Shown here: positions 26,147-36,180 of the stretch, piece after piece
How the letters are laid out: every line of letters starts with the position of its first letter
Numbering within the stretch: the first letter of the stretch is position 1
Assembly (NCBI RefSeq): GCF_048403405.1
Contig: NZ_CP183129.1
Source: Escherichia coli
GTDB lineage: Bacteria; Pseudomonadota; Gammaproteobacteria; Enterobacterales; Enterobacteriaceae
Strand: one strand, 5' to 3'
DNA: 64,000 nucleotides
Program-made: the position numbers and the translations under genes
Notes under the pieces: generated by a model
Seen by the model: only the letters and a program-made list of their open reading frames with translations
The model's database searches: none
Told to the model about the DNA's origin: nothing

Positions 26147-26160
26147 TGAAAATGGGGAAA

Positions 26161-29100
26161 TTACTGAAGCTGTACGCGTTCACCTGCGTTAATGGCATCC
26201 ATTAGCGTTTTACGGAGTTGTTCCAGCGCTTTGTCTACCTGTTCGGCGTTATCCAGCGTTGTCACACCCGCCGCTCGTTCCATCGTTTTACGCGTGTTTA
26301 CGTAGATGGTTTTTTTCAGCTTGGGTTCAGGCTTAACTACGGGGTCGATAATCCCAGGCTGAGGAGCAGGTTTTGGATCAGACACTTTCTTACGCTGATC
26401 CTCAACCCAGCCGTTCAGCCGTTCATTCGCTTTAAATTGTAGCGCTCGAACCTCAGCCTGTTCTTCCATAATCTGTGGGATCAGGCCGTTCTGCTCCACT
26501 TTCTTACGCGATTGTTGCATCGGGTGTAAAAGCGAGTGTTGCAAGTCAGCAGGGACGTGCATCTCCTGCATGCTTTGCTTAAGTTCATTGATATGACCAT
26601 CGATCTGTAGCAGCGCATGGCTTCGATATTCTTCGACCAGACGCTGGTTGATGGTTTCAACGGTTTCAATCAGCGGGATAATCCGATGCAGTTCTCCATA
26701 AGGTCGTGCCTTGCTGTAGATCCCTTCCAGTTCCTGTAACGCCTTTTGGGCCGTTTCGTCTTTATCCAGCGCGTTACGGTTAGCTTTAAAACTGCCATTC
26801 AACGCCATACTCAAGCGCTGCCAGGTAGCGTATTGGTTTTTGTAGAAGCTAACCAAATCGTCCCAGTCTTCCGAGAAATCTTTAAGATCGTCAGCCGCTG
26901 CGGTGATTTTTTCAATGACCGCGTATTCCTCTTTCTCGTTAAGGATCCCGTTCAGCAATACCAGACCTTCTTCTATCTCTTTACGGCCAGGGTTTTGTCC
27001 ACTCTCTGCACGAGTTTTAAAAACAGTCAACTCGCTATTCCAGCGGCCAAAGAGTTCGCGAATATGAGAGACCAACGACTGTTCTTCACGCTCGTTAAAC
27101 GGCTCTCCAGCAATCTCTGCCATCAGCTGCGCAGCTTTAGTCAACTGTGCTTCATCATGGCGACGAACTTTATGCAGACGCAAATCGCTGTAACGACGTG
27201 AATTATTAAACGCGTCCCACGCCTGCTTCAGTGCGATTTCACTGCCTTGCAGAGTGAAGCTGTATTTACCGCTGCGTGCCAGCCGAGCAACCAGCAATTT
27301 GACTTCATCTTCCGGCCAGCCAAACGGGCGACGGCCAAAAGTGGTGAGAATATCCCGCAGGTAAACTGGCTTATGAGTCTCAATACTCATGCTGATCCAG
27401 TTATCCACTTCACGCATCGCCTCTGGGTTGGATTCTTCCATACCCCCGAGATCGAGCTGGGTATCATTTTCTACTGTCAACAGCGCGTGAGTTTCACGAT
27501 TTACGTCTCCGGTACTAAGACGCAGCAATTTTAGTTTAGAGAAACTGTTCTCGATAACGTAACCGCAGGCTGCATCCACGATAGCTAACGGCGAAGAGGA
27601 TTTCTTATCCAGCCGTTCGCCCAGCGCCCAGACATCAGCTTGAGCCAGCAAGCCTTCAATCTGCGCCTTAAGCGTTTTTTCACGCATACTATTTTCACGG
27701 CCTTTTTCCGCCAACAGCGTTGCCTGTTCCGGGCGCTGGCCGCTTTGCTTGCTGAGGAAAGCTTTGGTCTGAGCGTACATGGTCAGGTCTTGCCAGGTAC
27801 GAGCCTCATCAGGCAGGCAAATTAAGATGCAGTCTTTACTGTCCGTCATCAGCAGACTATTAGAATGCGCACCCTTATAGCTCTCGTAGTTCGAGTCCAG
27901 TGGCGTGAGCACTTTAACCACCAGATCGTTAAGATTCGCACCATCCAGCGGATGTCCGTTACAAAAACGACTGATATCAAAATCCTGCTTATTGGCCGGA
28001 TAGCGATATCTTTTGTTTTTCAGGATCTCTTCGAAAATGATGGTTGAGAGTTGCTTATTGATGGTGGTGAATTCCACGTCAATATTGCGGATTTCGTTTT
28101 CAATCTCTTTTTCTTCGTTAGTGAGAAAAACAAATTTGTCATCAATACGCGAGATCAGCATCTCAGCCTGCAGACGATTAAGGCTGGCTTCAATCTGTCG
28201 ACGGAGTTCCACTTTATCAGTATCAATACGCTCAATAGAGAGCGTGACGAGATTGTCGAGAGTACTTTTCAGCACATCGACGTAGCGGATCAGGAACAGT
28301 GTCTTTAGTAGTTTGCCGTCAAATTCAGTCAGTGACGGAGACTGGCAGGCCTGAATAATAGTGCGGCTAACTGCAGGTTCCAGGAAGCTTTCAATCGCTG
28401 AATAGAAGCGCCAGAACGGGACCAGACTATCCAGACCATCTGCGGAGATTTGCACAGCAGCCGACTGGAAGGCATCTAGCAAAGAGCGCTCCCCCATTGC
28501 CAGCTGCTTACCTGCGGCCCCTTTAGTACGGATTGATTCAAAGACTTTTTGCAGGATCTGGTAATGCCACGGTACAAACGGATAGTTATCCACGAACTCG
28601 CGGCTGTTTGTATAGGCTCGCAGAGTAGCGGTCGTTGTCGTGTCAAACGCCAACTGGTTACGCAGAATATCGCCTTTTTCCTGCCAGATAGCTTCCAGCG
28701 CCGGTATTGCCGCATCGGTTTTTACCAGCAGACGTTTCTGGATAACTTCTGAAGTATTCGAGCTGGAGAGTTGTAAGCGCGTTGAGAAACGTCCCTGAAT
28801 CTTGGAGAAGTCCTGACCATCACGACTGCTCATACCGCCAATAGCAGCATTAATGTCAGCCTGGGAGGTAACTATCACCCATGCCCGCCCACCACAAATA
28901 ACGCCCAAGTTTTCGGTGATAGTTTGCAGCTTGAGCATCATCTGAGCATCTTTACCAATGAACTGACCAACTTCATCGACCATAAACAGGATATTGCGAT
29001 TACCATGGCTGTCGAGCCACTCTTTCACCCACGTACAGAAATTTTTGATATCCAATGGGAAGTTCTTATCAAGTTGCTCGATCCATTGACGAGAAGACTC

Positions 29101-29775
29101 TTCACTCTGGCCTGTAGCAATACTCAGTGCCTGAGCCATCTGATCGTTTATCATCAGATAAACATCACGTTCGTCTTCCCAGCGAGACCCTGTAATGTCC
29201 GCGAAGGCTGCCCTAAAGGTATCAAATTGTCCACGCTTATCGAGCTCACGTTCCAGATGTGCAATATGTGGGAAGTCGCCACAATAACCAGCTAGTTCGT
29301 TAAAGACTTTCAGAAAGACTTTGAGTATGGCATCAACGCCATCTTCAACATTCGCACGTGAGTCAATATTGAATAATATGACATCGGTCGGATGTTGTAC
29401 CGATTTCCGAATATCAGCCAATAGCAGTGCATCATCAATTTTCTCTTCAAAGAAGGAAAGTGCATTACGAGTGACACCATTATGGCTTACTTCGCGGTTC
29501 GCCAGTAGATAGGATAAGATCTTAATGAAGTGTGATTTACCCGAACCAAAGAAGCCTGAAACCCAGACGCCTATTTTGTCAGCAAGCTGTAATCTGCCAG
29601 GGCCAGTAGCAGGGGCATATACTTCAAAGAACTGACGCAGGTGACCATCCAGCTCTCTGGTAATGACATACTCATCCAGTTCTATCCAGGCGCTTTCGTC
29701 GTCGGTCTGCTCGGCTTTAACCACGCCGTTAATATTACGTTTTAGCTGTTTCTCAAAAATTTGTTCAATATTCAT
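26161..29775 (-). CDS. brxC: BREX ATPase BrxC/PglY
   Basis: 1204 aa. P-loop GFFGSGKSHFIK near the N-terminus and Walker B-like ILFMVDEVGQ. Canonical position. Confidence 0.9.
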   Translation of the reverse strand: MNIEQIFEKQLKRNINGVVKAEQTDDESAWIELDEYVITRELDGHLRQFFEVYAPATGPGRLQLADKIGVWVSGFFGSGKSHFIKILSYLLANREVSHNGVTRNALSFFEEKIDDALLLADIRKSVQHPTDVILFNIDSRANVEDGVDAILKVFLKVFNELAGYCGDFPHIAHLERELDKRGQFDTFRAAFADITGSRWEDERDVYLMINDQMAQALSIATGQSEESSRQWIEQLDKNFPLDIKNFCTWVKEWLDSHGNRNILFMVDEVGQFIGKDAQMMLKLQTITENLGVICGGRAWVIVTSQADINAAIGGMSSRDGQDFSKIQGRFSTRLQLSSSNTSEVIQKRLLVKTDAAIPALEAIWQEKGDILRNQLAFDTTTTATLRAYTNSREFVDNYPFVPWHYQILQKVFESIRTKGAAGKQLAMGERSLLDAFQSAAVQISADGLDSLVPFWRFYSAIESFLEPAVSRTIIQACQSPSLTEFDGKLLKTLFLIRYVDVLKSTLDNLVTLSIERIDTDKVELRRQIEASLNRLQAEMLISRIDDKFVFLTNEEKEIENEIRNIDVEFTTINKQLSTIIFEEILKNKRYRYPANKQDFDISRFCNGHPLDGANLNDLVVKVLTPLDSNYESYKGAHSNSLLMTDSKDCILICLPDEARTWQDLTMYAQTKAFLSKQSGQRPEQATLLAEKGRENSMREKTLKAQIEGLLAQADVWALGERLDKKSSSPLAIVDAACGYVIENSFSKLKLLRLSTGDVNRETHALLTVENDTQLDLGGMEESNPEAMREVDNWISMSIETHKPVYLRDILTTFGRRPFGWPEDEVKLLVARLARSGKYSFTLQGSEIALKQAWDAFNNSRRYSDLRLHKVRRHDEAQLTKAAQLMAEIAGEPFNEREEQSLVSHIRELFGRWNSELTVFKTRAESGQNPGRKEIEEGLVLLNGILNEKEEYAVIEKITAAADDLKDFSEDWDDLVSFYKNQYATWQRLSMALNGSFKANRNALDKDETAQKALQELEGIYSKARPYGELHRIIPLIETVETINQRLVEEYRSHALLQIDGHINELKQSMQEMHVPADLQHSLLHPMQQSRKKVEQNGLIPQIMEEQAEVRALQFKANERLNGWVEDQRKKVSDPKPAPQPGIIDPVVKPEPKLKKTIYVNTRKTMERAAGVTTLDNAEQVDKALEQLRKTLMDAINAGERVQLQ

Positions 29776-29787
29776 TGCTGTCGTCTT

Positions 29788-30390
29788 TTAACGAGGAGTC
29801 AAAGTCGCCGCCGGTCTGGTTTCTGGTACCAGTCTGAAGGCGCGGTAATAGTTACGAGAATTAATGCCAGCGAGTGGAGAAAGATCGTATCCGCTATAGG
29901 TGCCTGGATAGAACATCAGCAATGGTGTAAATCCCATCACGTCCTGAAGTGCGCTCATTAGCTCATGACCACGAACCAACGGCCAGGCGTTACCAAGTCC
30001 CGTCAGAATGACAAATTGCTGCGCAGGAAGATCGACCGTGCGTGCAATATATTCCGCGATTTTTTTCTGGCTTAGCGGGGCAGCCAGATGCTTTTTCAGT
30101 GTCTCAAGGCCAAGCTCAGGCTCTCGTTGGCAGATACGTTCAAAGAGCTTACGTTCTTCCAACATATCGATGATAATCTGGAAGATATTTAGCGTTTTAT
30201 AGGTGTACTTTTTATCCAGTTTTTTGAATAAAAAGTGCAAGTACTCGCGGACCTGAAGCTCTTGTTTTGCCGGATAATCAAAGATCCAGAAGCCAATCTC
30301 ATTGCCGGAACCTTGGTTTTTCAAAAAACGGTCGTCGCCGATACGTTCTTCTAACTGTTTTAATCGGTATTCAAGGATCGGGTCATTCAT
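29788..30390 (-). CDS. brxB: BREX protein BrxB (DUF1788)
   Basis: 200 aa. Size and position between brxA and brxC fit. The start overlaps the brxA stop (4 nt). Confidence 0.8.
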   Translation of the reverse strand: MNDPILEYRLKQLEERIGDDRFLKNQGSGNEIGFWIFDYPAKQELQVREYLHFLFKKLDKKYTYKTLNIFQIIIDMLEERKLFERICQREPELGLETLKKHLAAPLSQKKIAEYIARTVDLPAQQFVILTGLGNAWPLVRGHELMSALQDVMGFTPLLMFYPGTYSGYDLSPLAGINSRNYYRAFRLVPETRPAATLTPR

Positions 30391-31007
30391 GCGTTACCCT
30401 CCAGAATAGGGAGCAGTTCGGCTTTGTTTAAACGATGCAAGGCCGCTGCAACAACTGGTAGCAGGAAAACGTTTTGTAAATTGCGGCGGCGTGGGCTATC
30501 CAGGTAACCAGCTTCTGCGAGAGCCTTAATAAGATTGTTACCCATCTTTTGGATCGATGAATCAGAAAAAGCTGCCAGTTCCGGGTGTAAACGGAGATTC
30601 TCATCCACAAACTCACTCCAACAATTTATACCAAGCTTTTCTTTAAACTGCTGACGAGCTGGATTTACAACTTCAGCAATAAACGTCGCAACAACTGGAG
30701 ACTGGATCATCAACGCAACCAACAACATTTGCAGACGCTCGCTTTCACTGCCATCAGCAATCAGTTGCCAGCACTCCCGATCCAGGGTCATCAATCGCAG
30801 CCTTAAGGTTCGGGCATAACGATTTGCCGTACTCGTGGAGGACGCCTGAAGAATATTTTCATTGATTATTTGCTGCTGCCAGGTTGTTTCATCTGGTTCA
30901 GAGAGCAACAGCTCAGCAATGGTTCGGCTCTCACGAACCATCAACGAACCACCCAGCAGATCGCCAATCCAGCGTTTGTCATTTTTTGTCATGGTATTTA
31001 TCATCAA
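30387..31007 (-). CDS. brxA: BREX protein BrxA (DUF1819)
   Basis: 206-aa ORF, first gene of the operon. The true start may be the internal MTKNDKRW (30990), and no strong RBS is seen at either candidate. Confidence 0.75.
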   Translation of the reverse strand: MMINTMTKNDKRWIGDLLGGSLMVRESRTIAELLLSEPDETTWQQQIINENILQASSTSTANRYARTLRLRLMTLDRECWQLIADGSESERLQMLLVALMIQSPVVATFIAEVVNPARQQFKEKLGINCWSEFVDENLRLHPELAAFSDSSIQKMGNNLIKALAEAGYLDSPRRRNLQNVFLLPVVAAALHRLNKAELLPILEGNA

Positions 31008-31530
31008 AAATCCGGAATGCTGCTCGCAAAAATCAAGTAATGATTGTAATCGGCATGCAAGATAGATGCTATGACTATGGTCAGCTCAATATACGTTCAT
31101 AGTACGAGTACAGTTATAAAAATGGGAGGGTTAACCAGTTCCGGTATCTTTTCCTACACAAACATATACTTGAGATCGTGCCCGCATCGTGGACAATGTT
31201 TAACCATGATGATTTTATATCAACGAAATCAATAGTTTTATTTGAGTTACGGGACGGGGAATGGACAGCAATACTCAAGAATTTACTTCATGCTGGCGAA
31301 TACCTTAGCTGATGCCGAGTCTGGAAAATGTAATGATGTGATGGACGACCTTTCCTGAAGCAGACAGTGCCATACTTTTACTGTCTGCGTTTGCTAAGGG
31401 AGTAAATCACATCACTACAAATAGTCCTTCTGTGTCAGCTTTTACGCCGAATGCTAAGCTCCTCTTTAGGGGGCGATCTTATGATTCCGGTGGCATTAGC
31501 TGGAATAAAAAAGAATTTATTGAGCCGGTT

Positions 31531-31553
31531 GCTCTTCCCCCCAGGGGAAGAGC
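31531..31553 (-). terminator. Hairpin downstream of the integrase remnant
   Basis: gctcttcccc-cca-ggggaagagc, 10-bp stem, about 20 nt after the integrase stop. There is no adjacent U-run. Confidence 0.3.
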
Positions 31554-31574
31554 ATGTGTGTGAATAGCGTTCTG

Positions 31575-32845
31575 TCACCTTCTCAGCGGATTGTTAACCT
31601 TTGCATATTCAAACGGACTGATACCCTTCTCTCTGTTCGCATCCAGAAAATCCGCCCACCACTGTAACATCAGCTTGCGCTCATCCAGATGTTCCGCTTT
31701 ATGGATATACGCCGCCCTCACCGAATTGCGTTCCATATGGCTCATCTGCCTTTCCACCGCATCCTTCGACCATAGCCCTGACTCAATTAACGAACTACAG
31801 ACCATTGTGCGGAAGCCGTGGCCGCAAACTTCAACCTTAGTGTCATAACCCATCACCCGTAGTGCACTGTTTACCGTGTTCTCGCTCATGGGCTTACGCG
31901 GATCATGATCGCCAATAAAAATCAGCTCATGTTCGCCACAGAACTGTTTTATCTGCTTCAGGGTCGCTAGCGCCTGCTTTGAAAGCGGCACTAGATGAGG
32001 TGTACGCATCTTTGATCCTCGCTGAGAATGTTTCACGCCGGGAATAGGCTCTCGCTCAGGCGGGATGGTCCACATCGACGTGTCGAAATCTATCTCCGAC
32101 CAGCGAGCAAAACGCAGCTCACTGGATCGAATAAAGATAAGCAGAGTAAGTTCAGTTGCCCAGCGGGTTAGTGGCCTGCCGGTGTATTCATCGATTTTCT
32201 GGAGTAATTCCGGGATACGCTTTAACTCCAGCGCCGGACGATGCTGTCGATTACTGGAAGCAACCGCCCCCGCCATCTCTTGCGCCGGATTGTAATCAAT
32301 TAACCCGCTTTGCACTGCATAACGCATGATGGCCGTAGTGCGCTGTTGAAGGCGGGAAGCCACTTCAAGACGTCCGGACTTCTCCACGGCTTTAATAGGA
32401 ATTAACAGATCGCGGGTGCCTAGTTCAGCAATGTTGCGAGTACCAATTGCCGGGAAGATATTCTCCTCCAAGCTCTTTTTAGACGATTAGCATGATATTC
32501 CGACCATTTTTGGTTGGTCACGAGCCACTATTTGGCAACCTTCTCGAAAGTAATAATCTCTTTCGCCTGCTCTTCTTTCACAGCACGTTTATGCTCACGA
32601 GGATCGATACCAGCAGCTACCAGCTTTCTGGCCTCTTCCCTTTTCTTCCGCGCATCCGCCAGCGAAACATCCGGGTAAACGCCGAACGCCATCAAATGTT
32701 GTTTACCACCAGAACGGAAACGAAATCACCAATACTTTGAACCGCCAGGTTTTACAAGTAAAGACATGCCGTCGCCGTCAACAAGTGAATACTCTTTCTC
32801 CTCTGACTTCACAGAACGAACTTTAGTATCCGTTAGGGCAATAAT
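31575..32845 (-). pseudogene. P4-type (tRNA-associated) tyrosine integrase, inactivated
   Basis: The N-terminus is ALTDTKVRSVKSEEKEYSLVDGDGMSLLVKPGGSKYW. An in-frame TGA follows at 32726-32728, then FRFRSGGKQHLMAFGVYPDVSLADARKKREEARKLVAAGIDP..., then an in-frame TAG at 32528-32530. A frameshift occurs in the T5/A5 run at 32476-32480. The C-terminal 298 aa are intact and carry tyrosine-recombinase motifs (HGFR...RAAYIH). The expected ATG position reads ATT. Confidence 0.85.
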
Positions 32846-33005
32846 GGTCTTCCTTCCATTGGTATCTCGTGAGTATACAAGCAATATCGAATCGGCAAAT
32901 ATGCTTATTAGTATACTCACAAGCCTGTTGATGTGGGTTGAGTCAGGTTGACTTCAGTTGAGGAGAAAAGCTGGAAAAGCCTTGCGTGGTGCGGATTTCA
33001 GGCAT

Positions 33006-33029
33006 AAAAAAAGACCTCAGTTGAGGTCT
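33006..33029 (-). terminator. leuX rho-independent terminator
   Basis: On the minus strand: agacctcaactgaggtct followed by a U-run (plus-strand A-run 33006-33011). It lies 14 nt downstream of the tRNA 3' end. Confidence 0.7.
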
Positions 33030-33042
33030 ATTTACATACTTT

Positions 33043-33127
33043 TGGTGCCGAAGGCCGGACTCGAACCGGCACGTATTTCTACGGTTGATTTTGAATCAAC
33101 TGCGTCTACCGATTTCGCCACTTCGGC
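33043..33127 (-). tRNA. leuX: tRNA-Leu (anticodon CAA)
   Basis: The reverse complement reads GCCGAAGTGGCGAAATCGGTAGACGCAGTTGATTCAAAATCAACCGTAGAAATACGTGCCGGTTCGAGTCCGGCCTTCGGCACCA. It has a cloverleaf with a long variable arm, a CAA anticodon in the loop TTCAAAA and an encoded CCA. Confidence 0.95.
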
Positions 33128-33322
33128 ACTGAAGAGGTATGCGGAAAACGTTGTGGATTATACCTGTCGCACGCCACCATGCAAGCGCCAGCTTGCTCGC
33201 ACCTCGCTAAGTGCTGAAATTTTCAGCATTGCATACAGCGATGTGTAACCTTTGTCACACTCCAGGCACCCCGCCCTGCCATGCTCTACACTTCCCAGAC
33301 AACACCAGAGAAGGACCAAAAA

Positions 33323-34342
33323 ATGTCGATGATAAAAAGCTACGCCGCAAAAGAGGCTGGCGGCGAACTGGAACTTTATGAGTACGATCCCGGTGAACTG
33401 AAGCCACAAGATGTTGAAGTGCAGGTGGATTACTGCGGGATCTGCCATTCCGATCTGTCGATGATCGACAACGAATGGGGATTTTCACAGTATCCGCTGG
33501 TTGCCGGGCATGAGGTGATTGGGCGCGTGGTGGCACTCGGGAGCGCCGCGCAGGATAAAGGTTTGCAGGTCGGTCAGCGTGTCGGGATTGGCTGGACGGC
33601 GCGTAGCTGTGGTCACTGCGATGCCTGTATTAGCGGTAATCAGATCAACTGCGAGCAAGGCGCGGTGCCAACAATTATGAATCGCGGCGGCTTTGCCAAG
33701 AAGTTGCGTGCGGACTGGCAATGGGTGATCCCACTGCCAGAAAATATTGATATCGAGTCCGCCGGGCCGCTGTTGTGCGGCGGTATCACGGTCTTTAAAC
33801 CACTGTTGATGCACCATATCACTGCTACCAGCCGCGTTGGGGTAATTGGTATTGGCGGGCTGGGGCATATCGCTATAAAACTTCTGCACGCAATGGGATG
33901 CGAGGTGACAGCCTTTAGTTCAAATCCGGCGAAAGAGCAGGAAGTACTGGCGATGGGTGCCGATAAAGTGGTGAATAGCCGCGATCCACAGGCACTGAAA
34001 ACTCTGGCGGGGCAGTTTGATCTCATTATCAATACTGTGAACGTCAGCCTCGACTGGCAGCCTTATTTTGAGGCGCTGACGTATGGCGGTAATTTCCACA
34101 CCGTCGGTGCGGTTCTCACGCCGTTGCCGGTTCCGGCCTTTACGCTGATTGCGGGCGATCGCAGTGTCTCTGGCTCTGCTACCGGTACACCTTATGAGTT
34201 GCGTAAGCTGATGCGCTTTGCCGCCCGCAGCAAGGTTGCGCCGACTACCGAACTGTTCCCGATGTCGAAAATTAACGACGCCATCCAGCATGTGCGCGAC
34301 GGTAAGGCGCGTTACCGCGTGGTGTTGAAAGCCGATTTTTGA
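33323..34342 (+). CDS. ahr: NADPH-dependent aldehyde reductase Ahr (zinc ADH family)
   Basis: The start [14 protein letters not shown] gives 339 aa. The zinc-ADH motif GHEVIGRV and the GIGGLGH Rossmann motif are visible. The product matches K-12 Ahr/YjgB from memory. Confidence 0.9.
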   Translation: MSMIKSYAAKEAGGELELYEYDPGELKPQDVEVQVDYCGICHSDLSMIDNEWGFSQYPLVAGHEVIGRVVALGSAAQDKGLQVGQRVGIGWTARSCGHCDACISGNQINCEQGAVPTIMNRGGFAKKLRADWQWVIPLPENIDIESAGPLLCGGITVFKPLLMHHITATSRVGVIGIGGLGHIAIKLLHAMGCEVTAFSSNPAKEQEVLAMGADKVVNSRDPQALKTLAGQFDLIINTVNVSLDWQPYFEALTYGGNFHTVGAVLTPLPVPAFTLIAGDRSVSGSATGTPYELRKLMRFAARSKVAPTTELFPMSKINDAIQHVRDGKARYRVVLKADF

Positions 34343-34345
34343 AAA

Positions 34346-34909
34346 TCATTCGCAGCGCTGATCTGAGGCGCTGCCCTCTTTCGCACATATTCTGTTTTGT
34401 CGTATCGCCAGCACAGCCTGCCGACATTGTTCGGTGACATTGGCAATATCATGGTTGATATCAATGCGCACAATATCCTGCTCATCTTCTTGTGGACGCT
34501 CCAGTGCCTCAAACTGACTTTTTAGTAACGCTACCGGCATAAAATGCCCAGCCCGACGCTGCATTCGCGCGAGAATAGTTTCATAGTCGCCATCTAACCA
34601 GAGGAAATGAACATGGGGGCTACCCTTGCGTAAAATATCACGATACTGTTTTTTTAATGATGAACAGACAATAAATCCTGTTTCATTCTTTTTATAAAGA
34701 CTGTATGAAGCATCATTTAAGCGTTCCAGCCAGGGAAGTCGATCTTCATCAGATAATGGAATACCCTGCGACATTTTATCTATATTTTTGGCTGGATGAA
34801 GATCGTCACCATCAATAAATTTAGCAGATAATAACGCGGCAACCTTGCTACCAATTAATGTTTTACCACTCCCTGAAACGCCCATCAAAATAAAGCTTTC
34901 ACCCGCCAT
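34346..34909 (-). CDS. idnK: D-gluconate kinase, thermosensitive
   Basis: 187 aa with P-loop GVSGSGKT. Matches K-12 IdnK. Divergent from idnD. Confidence 0.9.
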   Translation of the reverse strand: MAGESFILMGVSGSGKTLIGSKVAALLSAKFIDGDDLHPAKNIDKMSQGIPLSDEDRLPWLERLNDASYSLYKKNETGFIVCSSLKKQYRDILRKGSPHVHFLWLDGDYETILARMQRRAGHFMPVALLKSQFEALERPQEDEQDIVRIDINHDIANVTEQCRQAVLAIRQNRICAKEGSASDQRCE

Positions 34910-35010
34910 TTAAAATCTCCTGAATCATCTTACCTGCTGTGATACTACGCCTGGTGGCATAATAATTTCACGTTTTTTTATTTCTGCTGATAAGAATTAC
35001 AAGGCACATC

Positions 35011-35038
35011 ACGTTATGCGTAACATAGTAATGTAACA
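35011..35038. promoter_or_regulatory. Putative IdnR/GntR operator in the idnK-idnD divergent control region
   Basis: acGTTAtgcgTAACat (inverted repeat GTTA-N4-TAAC) followed by atgtaaca. GntR/IdnR-type operators are of the form ATGTTA-N4-TAACAT (recalled). Confidence 0.45.
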
Positions 35039-35125
35039 ATTTTCTAACGTGATCTTCATCACAAATAATGACAATTAAAACCGCTTAAATGCTTCCGAGG
35101 TGTCTACCTGACCAGTGAGAAATTT

Positions 35126-36157
35126 ATGCAAGTGAAAACACAGTCCTGCGTTGTTGCAGGCAAGAAAACTGTTGCCGTTACCGAGCAGACGATAGATTGG
35201 AATAATAATGGAACATTAGTACAAATAACCCGAGGTGGAATTTGCGGTTCCGATTTACATTATTATCAGGAAGGAAAAGTAGGTAATTTCATGATAAAGG
35301 CACCGATGGTGTTAGGTCATGAAGTTATCGGTAAAGTTATTCATAGCGACTCATCAGAATTACATGAAGGGCAAACGGTAGCCATTAATCCGTCTAAACC
35401 GTGCGGTCACTGCAAATACTGCATTGAACATAACGAGAATCAGTGTACAGATATGCGTTTTTTTGGCAGTGCCATGTATTTCCCTCATGTTGATGGTGGT
35501 TTTACCCGTTATAAAATGGTCGAAACGTCGCAATGTGTCCCTTATCCGGCCAAAGCTGACGAAAAGGTTATGGCTTTTGCCGAACCTTTAGCCGTCGCGA
35601 TTCATGCCGCACATCAGGCCGGCGAGTTACAGGGCAAGCGAGTATTTATTTCTGGTGTTGGGCCCATTGGCTGCCTGATTGTCAGTGCTGTGAAAACACT
35701 GGGGGCCGCGGAAATTGTCTGTGCCGATGTGAGTCCCCGTTCCCTTTCGCTGGGCAAAGAGATGGGGGCGGAGGTGCTCGTAAACCCACAAAACGACGAC
35801 ATGGATCACTGGAAAGCGGAAAAAGGCTATTTCGATGTCAGCTTTGAAGTGTCCGGTCATCCTTCATCAGTGAATACCTGTCTGGAGGTCACTCGTGCAC
35901 GCGGCGTAATGGTGCAGGTAGGTATGGGAGGCGCGATGGCAGAATTCCCAATGATGACATTGATTGGTAAGGAGATTTCACTCAAAGGCTCTTTCCGTTT
36001 TACCAGCGAATTTAATACCGCAGTGTCATGGCTGGCGAATGGCGTTATCAATCCACTGCCTTTACTGAGTGCTGAATATCCCTTCACTGACCTGGAAGAG
36101 GCGCTACGTTTCGCCGGTGATAAAACCCAGGCAGCAAAAGTCCAGCTTGTTTTCTAA
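35126..36157 (+). CDS. idnD: L-idonate 5-dehydrogenase
   Basis: 343 aa. Zinc-ADH family (GHEVIGKV, GVGPIGC). Matches K-12 IdnD. Confidence 0.9.
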   Translation: MQVKTQSCVVAGKKTVAVTEQTIDWNNNGTLVQITRGGICGSDLHYYQEGKVGNFMIKAPMVLGHEVIGKVIHSDSSELHEGQTVAINPSKPCGHCKYCIEHNENQCTDMRFFGSAMYFPHVDGGFTRYKMVETSQCVPYPAKADEKVMAFAEPLAVAIHAAHQAGELQGKRVFISGVGPIGCLIVSAVKTLGAAEIVCADVSPRSLSLGKEMGAEVLVNPQNDDMDHWKAEKGYFDVSFEVSGHPSSVNTCLEVTRARGVMVQVGMGGAMAEFPMMTLIGKEISLKGSFRFTSEFNTAVSWLANGVINPLPLLSAEYPFTDLEEALRFAGDKTQAAKVQLVF

Positions 36158-36180
36158 GAGATAAATAAAGGAATAATACA

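Noticed and set aside
31008-31574. Possible small gene or brxR remnant upstream of brxA
   Set aside because: Only ORFs of 8-15 codons without an RBS are present, and no HTH/WYL-like remnant is seen in any frame. I treated the region as promoter/leader plus the integrase 3' hairpins.
1-33000. Second copy of the leuX 3' end (distal att site), CRISPR arrays, or retron-like msr/msd structures in the island
   Set aside because: I scanned by eye for tggtgccgaaggccggactcgaa-like sequence, for regularly spaced direct repeats, and for reverse-transcriptase-like ORFs. None were seen. The distal island boundary is presumably left of the window.
33158-33536. Overlapping 93-96-aa ORFs on both strands in the leuX-ahr spacer
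   Set aside because: They overlap the ahr 5' end or the tRNA flank, are mutually exclusive, and have no RBS or motifs. The spacer is better read as the ahr promoter region.
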